From Minisyncoccota bacterium (GTDB lineage: Bacteria > Patescibacteriota > Minisyncoccia > Phycocordibacterales > PALSA-1337), in NCBI GenBank assembly GCA_041666915.1, contig JBAYFZ010000002.1, forward strand, positions 14,771 through 78,770: a DNA stretch of 64,000 nucleotides, read 5' to 3'. The first letter of the stretch is position 1, and each line of letters begins with the position of its first letter. The notes beneath the pieces were generated by a model. It saw nothing but the letters and a program-made list of their open reading frames with translations. It was not told where the DNA came from and did no database searches. Made by a program: the position numbers and the translations under genes. This document shows positions 41,892-50,122 of this stretch, one piece after another.

Positions 41892-42233
41892 AGTTATTAT
41901 CAAGATTTACCAAAATTTAATCGGAACTCCTTCGGGTACCGCATCGATTCATTGTTTGTTGAAACAATTGAAGCTATTGTCACCGCCAGTTTCTTGTCAC
42001 AGCAAGAAAAGCATCCGTATATCCGACTTGCTATACGAAAACTTGATACACTCAAGATATTGCTCATGATCCTATGGGAAACTAAATCACTCAACGACAA
42101 GAAATACATCGCACTATCAGTAAAACTCGATGAAATCGGTCGCAACCTAGGTGGTTGGAGTGGACAACTTGCAAAATCTCTCGACAATACTCGAGATAAA
42201 CAAAACTCCCCCATGAAGACGAGGGAGAAATGA
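41823..42233 (+). CDS. avd: Avd-like four-helix-bundle accessory protein
   Basis: LPKFNRNSFGYRID, KLDTLKILL, LDEIGRNLGGW motifs of bAvd/four-helix-bundle proteins. Confidence 0.85.
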   Translation: MKAPPNRILPVLNNVKNAYLLWHSYYQDLPKFNRNSFGYRIDSLFVETIEAIVTASFLSQQEKHPYIRLAIRKLDTLKILLMILWETKSLNDKKYIALSVKLDEIGRNLGGWSGQLAKSLDNTRDKQNSPMKTREK

Positions 42234-42239
42234 AGAGAG

Positions 42240-42364
42240 TTGCGTGACGGAGAGCCGGATTGTTACCGTTCCAATTGTTGTCGAGCCAGTTCCAATTGAG
42301 AATCACCTTGTCGCCGTTCTCGTAGAGATACGGGACATTGAGGTTACCGTTGCGGTTCCGCACG
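42240..42364 (-). repeat. DGR template repeat (TR)
   Basis: 125 bp, 12 AAY codons in the target frame; aligns to the VR. Confidence 0.95.
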
Positions 42365-42778
42365 TATATGCAAAATGCCTCCCATACCACCACCCTTTGA
42401 ATACTCTCAAGGTTGAATCGAATTCGGCATCTCATTCAGCAGAATGACCTACTGAGCTAATGCCATAGCATTTTACACCAAGTATCTTCAATTTTTGAAG
42501 TGTCTACATAAACCCTCCGAGAGAAGCCTGATTCAGCAGAATCACCTACTGGGTTGACCGCTCTCGTTCTCAGCTTATGGATACTGGATTCGGCCGCTGG
42601 AAGCCTTGACCGCCAGCAGATTCGCCTACTACCAGATATAAGTTTACCATATGCAGAAAACCCACACGATTTCATCATGTGGGTTTTGAATGTCAGCGGC
42701 TCATTCCATGCCGAGTGGTTAGACCACCAAATTTTTAGGACAAAGGTCAAAGTGCAGAAAGTGCAAAGTGACCAAGGT

Positions 42779-43414
42779 CTAAGTGCTAACTTGCGTGACG
42801 GAGAGCCGAAGAGTCCCGTACCAATCGTTGCCGAGCCAGTCCCAATTGAGAATCACCTTGTCGCCGCACCCGTAGAGATACGGGACAGAGAGGCTACCGA
42901 GGCGGTCCCGCACGACTGATGCCCAGCCGAAGACTGCCTTATCTTTAAAGTATTTCCTGAAAAAGACAATACCTTTCTTCTGGATTTCTTCAAGGTCTCG
43001 AAGACCAAGACAAGTCTTCAACGTGTCGGTTTCCCTGAGATGAGTGTAGATTTTGTTTCCCCCGATACACCCATCCTTCTGACCATCATGTAACCATTGC
43101 TCCACCTTGGTGATGTCATATTCCGTAGGACCGACATTCTCCAATTTCGGATGCATCACTTCCTTCACCCAATCTGGATATGAAGGACGAATGGAGCGAT
43201 CTACGCGGATAACAGGGTCAATCGCCAGTTCTGGTTCAAGGATGGGTTTGGGCTTGATGATTAATTCCGCTTCGCCACTAGCGAGCCGAATGACCGACTT
43301 AAGGTTATCACCAGTAGAAAGCCAATCCAAAACGGCTGTACTACCGCCGTTGCGTTGGAAAGCGAATTCCAATTTCTGACCCGCACCTTGACTCATTGTG
43401 AACGTGCTATTCAT
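42779..43414 (-). CDS. DGR target protein (C-terminal VR; CLec-like fold presumed)
   Basis: 211 aa, AAAGGA ribosome-binding site; C-terminus VRDRLGSLSVPYLYGCGDKVILNWDWLGNDW matches the TR translation. Confidence 0.9.
   Translation of the reverse strand: MNSTFTMSQGAGQKLEFAFQRNGGSTAVLDWLSTGDNLKSVIRLASGEAELIIKPKPILEPELAIDPVIRVDRSIRPSYPDWVKEVMHPKLENVGPTEYDITKVEQWLHDGQKDGCIGGNKIYTHLRETDTLKTCLGLRDLEEIQKKGIVFFRKYFKDKAVFGWASVVRDRLGSLSVPYLYGCGDKVILNWDWLGNDWYGTLRLSVTQVST
42791..42914 (-). repeat. DGR variable repeat (VR)
   Basis: 124 bp at the 3' end of the target; 16 substitutions at TR adenines, one C>T, one 1-nt deletion. Confidence 0.95.
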
Positions 43415-43658
43415 AATAGCTTGTCCTTTCTTTATTGTGAGCGAGCCTTATTAAGGCATGCTCTGGTTTATTATGCTGGGCTCTTCGCCACAGCACTCAA
43501 AGCCCTAAAGTAAGGCGCTAAATGCTGTGGCGAACGCAAATTAGAGTATCAAAGAACTTATGTTATGATAAGTATTATATCATAACTGTTTTATAAGTCA
43601 AGTCAATGAAATAATGACTCTATTTAGGTATATATTTGTGTCACCCTATTCTACTTTG

Positions 43659-43729
43659 TGCGGGATGGGAGAATCGAACTCCCGACCGATGATTGGAAAT
43701 CAGCTGTTATACCATTTAACTAATCCCGC
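43659..43729 (-). tRNA. tRNA-Gly(TCC)
   Basis: GCGGGAT/ATCCCGC acceptor stem, TTTCCAA loop, GTTCGATTC; CCA not encoded. Confidence 0.95.
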
Positions 43730-43812
43730 ATATGTTGATTGAGAACAAAATCTATACTAGCAATAATATCCACCCGTAACAAGATGTAATGCTATATTTG
43801 TATTTTAAAAAC

Positions 43813-44247
43813 TTATTTACTTACTGACTTATCTTCAGGAGAGACTGCTTCTTTGATCTCATCAACTTCTTTCTTGATCTCTTTTATAGTCGCTTGAATC
43901 TGATGTATCTCTGCTTCCTCTTCTTGAACCTCCCTTTCAGTCTTGTCCGTAGCTTTCTTTTCTTTTTTGAGACCACTCATCACAATACTTTGTCCAATAA
44001 AAGAAGAAACAAAAAGACCTGTTGCAAGAAGTATTATTGTAACGATGATCGCGTTCACTGGTTCATAGAATAACCAGCCCAACCATCCTCCCCTAGCCTG
44101 CAAAATGTCTGCTGTATGCCATACACCGCGCCAGAAAAGCACAATGGCCGTACCTCCGATGAGAGTATAAACTATCGGATACCTGCTCAAATGACCACGT
44201 ACATTATCTTCAAATTTATCAAAGAAATTAACTATTTTTTTTATCAT
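43813..44247 (-). CDS. Membrane protein with C-terminal coiled coil
   Basis: MIKKIVNFFDKFED..R..LSRYPIVY, VLFWRGVW; ATG lies 1 nt after the tRNA-Pro discriminator base. Confidence 0.8.
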   Translation of the reverse strand: MIKKIVNFFDKFEDNVRGHLSRYPIVYTLIGGTAIVLFWRGVWHTADILQARGGWLGWLFYEPVNAIIVTIILLATGLFVSSFIGQSIVMSGLKKEKKATDKTEREVQEEEAEIHQIQATIKEIKKEVDEIKEAVSPEDKSVSK

Positions 44248-44248
44248 G

Positions 44249-44321
44249 TCGGAGCGCCGGGATTCGAACCCGGAGTCGCCTCTTCCCAAAAGAGGAATGT
44301 TAGCCGTTACACCACGCTCCG
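44249..44321 (-). tRNA. tRNA-Pro(TGG)
   Basis: CGGAGCG/CGCTCCG, CCTCT-TTTGGGA-AGAGG, GTTCGAATC. Confidence 0.95.
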
Positions 44322-44343
44322 ATAACTAAACTATCCTAACATA

Positions 44344-44754
44344 TTATAAAATAATATTCTCTATCATTCTTAATTTCGCCATACGATTGGCCATATTCAA
44401 ATAGACGCATATAACGTGAAAACGAAATTCTATTTCAAGTCCTATATGGTTTTCATCCAAATAGGTTTCTACCATACGCCTAATATGCCTAATTTTCAAG
44501 CCATGAACATTATCTTCTGGACGACGAGTATCATTACCAAGATCGTGAAAAGATTGAACGGTAACACTTTTGACTTCAAAAAAATGTAGAATATTGTCTT
44601 TTTGAGCAATAATGTCTATTTCTCCCCAAACCTTTCTATAATTACGATCAACGATAATAAACCCTTTATTTACAAGGAATTTACAGGAAATGTCTTCGCC
44701 CTTATTCCCTGTCAACTTGTTATTAGACTTCCTATTTTGACGTATATTAGCCAT
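44344..44754 (-). CDS. yraN: YraN family (UPF0102) putative endonuclease
   Basis: G..GED....L...GF.I.DRNYR...GEIDII, FFEVK. Confidence 0.9.
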   Translation of the reverse strand: MANIRQNRKSNNKLTGNKGEDISCKFLVNKGFIIVDRNYRKVWGEIDIIAQKDNILHFFEVKSVTVQSFHDLGNDTRRPEDNVHGLKIRHIRRMVETYLDENHIGLEIEFRFHVICVYLNMANRMAKLRMIENIIL

Positions 44755-44938
44755 AAAACCTGTCTTTTATACACCAAATCCACAGGGTTATCCCCAGTTG
44801 TCCATTACTTTTACGATTTTTAGCCGTATTCTTTAGGACTTAGTCTCATATAAGTCCTATGCAAAATTAGATGCGCAATAAAAACGCCTAAAAATATAAG
44901 TTAATTAGAGACAACAATATTTAATAACCTCTTCCCTG

Positions 44939-45009
44939 TGCGGGTAGGGAGAATCGAACTCCCAACTTATCGTTGGCAACGATACGTTTTACCACTAAAC
45001 TATACCCGC
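44939..45009 (-). tRNA. tRNA-Gly(GCC)
   Basis: GCGGGTA/TACCCGC, TATCG-TTGCCAA-CGATA. Confidence 0.95.
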
Positions 45010-45114
45010 TTTGATTACAAACAAGAGTATAACTGTATTAAGTCTTTTTTACAAATTATATCTATACTGTGCTTGCACTACGAAGCAATTGGCTATTAGC
45101 CAATTGCGAAGTAG

Positions 45115-45187
45115 TGCGCTCGGTAGGACTCGAACCTACAACCCCTTGGTCCGAAGCCAAGTGCTCTATCCATTGAGCCACGAGCGC
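45115..45187 (-). tRNA. tRNA-Arg(TCG)
   Basis: GCGCTCG/CGAGCGC, CTTGG-CTTCGGA-CCAAG, GTTCGAGTC. Confidence 0.95.
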
Positions 45188-45858
45188 GTATCTCCATAAT
45201 ACTGTATTAATAGCTTTTGCCAAGCTCTCATAAGTCTGAAGACATAGACATCTGTTATATAAAGACACATACAACCCTTATAATCAGGGTTTTTCTTTAT
45301 AATACGCTTGGTTGGCTTATAAATTGTTCTGTGAAACAAGCTTGGATTTACACCCAATTTACCAGCCCAAAACATTTCTATATTTTCATATCCAGGAACT
45401 CTATGTATAAAAAGACGACATTTTATCCTATCGCTATCAACCTTTAGATATTTCTGAATCCAGTTATACATAAAAACAACCATGTCTGGATCAGAATTCA
45501 CAAATTGAAAATTATTGTGTCTTTTGGCACCTTCAGCCCAATATAAAGTAATCCCAATCAAAAACCGATGATCGGTCTGCATTTCCTTAAAAATCTTTTT
45601 TGCATCTTCAAAAGCCACTATTTCCCTATTGAGTCTTGACTGCCGATTGGTCGCGGCCGACTTCAACATACCCTTTCCTCTCCTATCAACTAACCTTTTA
45701 GCAATACCCTCTTTTTCTTCTCTAGAAAATTCCAAATCTTTGAACCAATATGACAATAATCCCCTTGATACGGGTACTATTTGTGTTATTTCAGAGTAAG
45801 TCATACCCTGTTTTCGTAGCTCTATTGCTTTATTTTTTTCTATTAATCTTGCTGTCAT
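45166..45858 (-). CDS. HTH plus LAGLIDADG-like domain protein overlapping tRNA-Arg
   Basis: AIELRKQGMTYSEI...VSRGLLSYW HTH; IGITLYWAEG, FVNSDP; stop codon lies in the tRNA D-arm. Confidence 0.7.
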   Translation of the reverse strand: MTARLIEKNKAIELRKQGMTYSEITQIVPVSRGLLSYWFKDLEFSREEKEGIAKRLVDRRGKGMLKSAATNRQSRLNREIVAFEDAKKIFKEMQTDHRFLIGITLYWAEGAKRHNNFQFVNSDPDMVVFMYNWIQKYLKVDSDRIKCRLFIHRVPGYENIEMFWAGKLGVNPSLFHRTIYKPTKRIIKKNPDYKGCMCLYITDVYVFRLMRAWQKLLIQYYGDTRSWLNG

Positions 45859-45964
45859 GTTACATAACTATAATACACTGTTCAATTTTTGAATACAAGC
45901 ATGGATTTATCAACCGCAAACAACCTGATTGGAGAAAACCCCAAACTATTGTAGAATCAATGTC

Positions 45965-47449
45965 ATGAAAAACAAGGATGAAACAATCCCAAAGGAAGTT
46001 GCAGATACCCTTAGAACCCTAGAAAATGCCAAATTTGAGGCGTATCTAGTAGGGGGCTGTGTTCGTGACATCTTCTTAGGAAGAAAGCCTAGGGACTGGG
46101 ATATAACCACCAATGCCAAACCAGACCAGATTCAAGCTTTGTTTCCAAAAACCGTCTATGAAAATACCTTCGGTACAGTTGCTGTCATAAATGAACAAAC
46201 TGAAGACTTAACTCTAAAGAATATAGAGATAACGCCTTACCGAACCGAAACTGGTTATAGCGACCGCAGACACCCAAACGAGGTAACTTTCAGTACAAAG
46301 ATAGAGGACGATCTCAAAAGACGTGACTTTACCGTAAACGCCATAGCTATAAACTTGTCCAATGGAGCCATAAAAGACACTATTGATCTTTATGGTGGAC
46401 TAAAAGACATTCAGGATAAGACTATAAGGACAGTCGGGGAAGCCAAGGACCGCTTCAATGAAGACGCTTTGCGTATGATTAGAGCCGTTCGTTTGGCTGT
46501 GGAATTAGGTTTCACGTGTAACTCCGAAACTTTCAAGGCTATACAGAGCCATAATTCACTAATAAAAGAAGTATCCTTGGAAAGGGTTAGGGATGAGTTT
46601 ACCAAGATAATGATGTCAGAAAGTCCAAAGAAAGGTATTGAATTACTTCACGAATCAGGATTGCTTCAATACATTATCCCTGAATTAGAACAGGGAATTG
46701 GTGTAAAACAACCGCAAGCACACCTTTACGATGTTTGGGAACACTTGCTTAGGACCGTTCAACATTCAGCAGACAAGGGTTACGACTTGGATATGCGCCT
46801 ATCGGCTTTATTCCACGATATAGGTAAACCAAAGACCAAAGACTTTTCACGTGAGACAAATCAGCCTACTTTCTATGGTCATGACGTAGTTGGTTCACGT
46901 GAAACACGTAGAATACTAGAGAAATTGAAGTTTTCACGTGCAACAATAGAAAAAGTGACTAAATTGGTACGTTGGCACATGTTTTTTGCTGATCCTGAGC
47001 AAATAAGCCTTTCTGCAGTAAGAAGGATGGTTGTTAACGTCGGACCAGATAATATCTGGAACCTTATGAATCTACGTATGTGCGACCGTATTGGTACAGG
47101 AAGACCAAAAGAAGACCCTTACAGGCTTAGAAAGTATAAATCAATGATAGAAGAAGCTGTAAGAGCTCCTGTTTCTGTGAAAATGCTCAAAATTGATGGA
47201 AAGAGGATAATGGAGATTGCCAACATTCCACCAAGTCCAAAAGTTGGTATGGTTTTGAATGCTCTCATGGAAGAGGTTTTGGATGATCCAAAATTAAATA
47301 CAAAAGATTATCTTGAAGAAAAAACTCAAAAACTTATTGCATTATCCGAAGAAGAATTGAATAATCTTGCAACAAAAGGGAAAGAAAAGAAAGCAGAAGC
47401 CGAAGAAAAAGAAATAGAAGAGATTAGAAACAAGCACAGTGTTAGATAA
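45965..47449 (+). CDS. cca: CCA tRNA nucleotidyltransferase (HD domain)
   Basis: VGGCVRD, DWD, DLKRRDFTVNA, EDALRMIRA, LFHDIGKP. Confidence 0.93.
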   Translation: MKNKDETIPKEVADTLRTLENAKFEAYLVGGCVRDIFLGRKPRDWDITTNAKPDQIQALFPKTVYENTFGTVAVINEQTEDLTLKNIEITPYRTETGYSDRRHPNEVTFSTKIEDDLKRRDFTVNAIAINLSNGAIKDTIDLYGGLKDIQDKTIRTVGEAKDRFNEDALRMIRAVRLAVELGFTCNSETFKAIQSHNSLIKEVSLERVRDEFTKIMMSESPKKGIELLHESGLLQYIIPELEQGIGVKQPQAHLYDVWEHLLRTVQHSADKGYDLDMRLSALFHDIGKPKTKDFSRETNQPTFYGHDVVGSRETRRILEKLKFSRATIEKVTKLVRWHMFFADPEQISLSAVRRMVVNVGPDNIWNLMNLRMCDRIGTGRPKEDPYRLRKYKSMIEEAVRAPVSVKMLKIDGKRIMEIANIPPSPKVGMVLNALMEEVLDDPKLNTKDYLEEKTQKLIALSEEELNNLATKGKEKKAEAEEKEIEEIRNKHSVR

Positions 47450-47517
47450 AGGACATAATTATAGAGTTATCCACAGTTTGTCCTTTACACTCTATTGTAA
47501 AGGACATAGAATAGTAC

Positions 47518-47932
47518 CAGACCAGTTTGTTGTCCGAGACGATCGCAGAATAATGTACACGAAAAAAATAGAGGTTAGAAAAAATTTCGCTGATATTATT
47601 CTGTGATCGTAACAAGCAATGTTCTTTTATAAAGGGAAAGGTAGGCTTCTACTCCTAGTTTGAAGTCTCTCTCAAAAACTTTTAAATCCATCCTTCCGTT
47701 GCTAAGGAAGAATGACGATGTATGACTCTCAAATATATTTATGCCTCCCTACGGGAGAGCAATTTCAAAAAGAGACTGCACATCGCCACCTTTAAGGAAC
47801 TGTCTGGATGAATTAGGTTCGACTTTTGAACCTAAGGGTCATGTGACCCACTTGTTCTTTCTTATTTTGAGAGGAACTTAAAAACCGCACACTTGCGCTC
47901 ATTCTGATCGCATATCTGTGCGGTTTTATTTT
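47518..47932 (+). ncRNA. Candidate large structured ncRNA
   Basis: TTTACA-17-TAGAAT promoter, no ORF of 60 aa or more, 18-bp helix with G-U pairs, many hairpins, terminal terminator. Confidence 0.55.
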
Positions 47933-47950
47933 GTTCGTTTTTTATGCTAA

Positions 47951-48745
47951 TCACCTAATCACCAACTCAATAGGGCAGTGATCTGAACCTATGACACTAT
48001 CTCGTATTTTGGTCTTTTCTATCTTCTTCAAAATCCCAGAAGTAACAAAGAAATAATCTATACGCCAACCAACATTCCTTTCTCTTGCAAAGGTTTTCAT
48101 ATCCCAATATGTATATTTACCAATCTCATTTGGATAAAAATGACGAAAAACATCCGTATAGCCGGCGTTTACAACTTCATCCAACCACGCACGTTCAACC
48201 GGAAGAAAACCTGTATTATCAACATTTTCTTTTGGTCTAGCTAGATCAATCTCTGTATGAGCAGTATTAATATCACCACAAAAGACTACTTCATAACCAT
48301 TTTTCTTCAATCCATTTATATATTTCAAAAACTCATCATAATATTTCAACTTGAATTCAAGTCTCTCTGGACCACCACCTCCGTTGGGGAAATAGACATT
48401 GAGTAAAACAAATTTACCCAACTTATTACCAAAAGCATTTTCTTCATAAAATAAAGCTAGAAAACGTCCTTCTTGATCAAATTCTGGGATTCCCATTCCA
48501 TATTCAACTTTCGTAGGTTTAACTTTGGAATATACGGCTACACCGCTATAGCCTTTGCGTCCTTTTGAATGATCAAAGTATGAAAAATAACCAACAGGAT
48601 TCCTTACACCAGCTTCTAGCTGTTCTGCTTCAGCTTTTACTTCTTGAATACAGTAAATATCAGGAGATTCGCTCAAAAACCAATCAAAACCACCTTTTTT
48701 GACGTTGGCACGATAACCATTTACGTTCCAAGAAATGATACGCAT
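47951..48745 (-). CDS. xth: Exodeoxyribonuclease III
   Basis: SWNVNG, QEVK, GDIN.AH, GWRIDYF, GSDHCP. Confidence 0.96.
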   Translation of the reverse strand: MRIISWNVNGYRANVKKGGFDWFLSESPDIYCIQEVKAEAEQLEAGVRNPVGYFSYFDHSKGRKGYSGVAVYSKVKPTKVEYGMGIPEFDQEGRFLALFYEENAFGNKLGKFVLLNVYFPNGGGGPERLEFKLKYYDEFLKYINGLKKNGYEVVFCGDINTAHTEIDLARPKENVDNTGFLPVERAWLDEVVNAGYTDVFRHFYPNEIGKYTYWDMKTFARERNVGWRIDYFFVTSGILKKIEKTKIRDSVIGSDHCPIELVIR

Positions 48746-48775
48746 AGGACAATGATAACATTATCTATATAATTT

Positions 48776-49693
48776 TTACTTCCTCTTATTATGAAACTGT
48801 TTATGAACTCTTTTTAATTCCGAATCCGTAACGTGAGTATAGATTTGGGTTGTACTTATATTGGAATGCCCCAAAAGCATTTGAACTGAACGTAGATCGG
48901 CACCATTGGAAAGTAAATCTGTGGCAAAGACATGTCGAATGACGTGGGGCGTAACTTTCTTTGATATACCAGCTTTTATGGCGCATTGCTTCACAATACG
49001 CTCAACAGAACGTGTATCAAGTCGCAAATCACCACCTCTAGCATTTTCACGACCTAGACGAACAAAGAGGGCATCGTCTATATCTGCACGCTTATCCAAA
49101 TACTTTTTGATGGCACTTTTTGCTTCAGAAGAAAGGAAAACTACACGGATTTTCTCTCCTTTACCTCTTATGGAAAACTCATCAGCACTAAGATCTATAT
49201 CTCTTGAAATGGAACAGAGCTCAGAGACACGAAGACCGGTAGAGAATAGGAGCTCTAATATGGCTTTATCACGTAATGATTTCAAATCATCACCATTGGA
49301 CGAATCTAGAAGTCTTTTCAATTCTTCAGAAGTTATGAGGTCTAGTGGACGTTCTCCAACCTTTGCTAACTCTATATGTTCAGGAGATAAAGACTTCACA
49401 CCACGCTTTGCCAAGAATTTCAGGAAAGAACGTAGGGCAATGAGATAATAGTTCTGAGTTTTCTTCTTCAGAGTCTCTTTTTCAGCCTTTCTATTGCTTG
49501 ATTGACGATTGAGCCACAAATGAAACTCCCTAACTATCTTTTCTGTAATGTCTTCACCCTTCTTTATTTTGGAATATTCTATGAAACGAGAGATGTAATG
49601 ATCATAATTCTCAACAGTTTTGAGAGAACGACCCTTTTCTATCTCAACATATTCCAAAAACTGCTGTTTGAGCTCATTGATATTTTGCGACAT
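48776..49693 (-). CDS. XerC/D-family tyrosine recombinase
   Basis: TGLRVSEL, HVIRHVFAT, LGHSNISTTQIYTH. Confidence 0.93.
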   Translation of the reverse strand: MSQNINELKQQFLEYVEIEKGRSLKTVENYDHYISRFIEYSKIKKGEDITEKIVREFHLWLNRQSSNRKAEKETLKKKTQNYYLIALRSFLKFLAKRGVKSLSPEHIELAKVGERPLDLITSEELKRLLDSSNGDDLKSLRDKAILELLFSTGLRVSELCSISRDIDLSADEFSIRGKGEKIRVVFLSSEAKSAIKKYLDKRADIDDALFVRLGRENARGGDLRLDTRSVERIVKQCAIKAGISKKVTPHVIRHVFATDLLSNGADLRSVQMLLGHSNISTTQIYTHVTDSELKRVHKQFHNKRK

Positions 49694-49756
49694 AGGTACA
49701 TTGTAGTCTTAAAGCCGTCCTTGCGCCAATATTCCATTCATGCTATGATAATCGCC

Positions 49757-50023
49757 ATGTTAACACCGAGACAAAAGACCAAGATAATCAAAGAAACCGG
49801 CATCCACGAAAAGGATAGCGGTTCTCCGGAAGTACAAGTCGCTCTTTTAACAAAAAGAATCGACGAACTAACAGGTCATCTACGCAAACATCGCAAGGAC
49901 AATCACTCAAGACGTGGTCTCCTAGGCATGGTTGCAGATCGTCAGACTCACCTCAATTACCTCAAGAAGAACTATCCAAGACGTTATTCAGCTATCATAA
50001 AGAAGTTGGAACTCAAGAAATAG
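49757..50023 (+). CDS. rpsO: 30S ribosomal protein S15
   Basis: DSGSPEVQVALLT, HRKDNHSRRGLL. Confidence 0.98.
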   Translation: MLTPRQKTKIIKETGIHEKDSGSPEVQVALLTKRIDELTGHLRKHRKDNHSRRGLLGMVADRQTHLNYLKKNYPRRYSAIIKKLELKK

Positions 50024-50122
50024 TCTTTTCTCTTTCTCTCATATTTAACTACTTATACCCTCATTAGGGTATAATTGTATTAGTAAGACTTTTTAATAAG
50101 AAATAATTTATAAAACATTTTC

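Larger units (their letters stand above)
40815..43600 (-). mobile_element. Diversity-generating retroelement (target/VR, TR, antisense avd, RT)
   Basis: RT, Avd-like protein and a TR/VR pair differing almost only at TR adenines. Confidence 0.95.

Noticed and set aside
40815-41903. RT as a group II intron, retron or CRISPR-associated RT
   Set aside because: No maturase extension, intron domain V or cas1; a TR/VR pair and Avd are adjacent
42091-42435. 114-aa Asn-rich ORF
   Set aside because: It is the TR read in the target frame plus antisense avd; an open TR frame is expected and does not show a gene
40650-43729. DGR as a tRNA-Gly-integrated island or prophage
   Set aside because: No duplicate of the tRNA 3' end seen near hup, and no integrase or phage genes in the interval
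44777-47475. DnaA-box-like sites as a replication origin
   Set aside because: Only one perfect box (47467) and scattered near-matches; no cluster and no dnaA or dnaN nearby
47518-47932. RNase P, tmRNA or a self-splicing intron
   Set aside because: No GAGGAAAGTCC-type P4 motif, tRNA-like ends or domain V on either strand; the GAGACT/AGTCTC order is opposite to group I P7
48776-49693. Tyrosine recombinase as an integron or phage integrase
   Set aside because: Size and motifs fit chromosomal XerC/D and the neighbours are housekeeping genes
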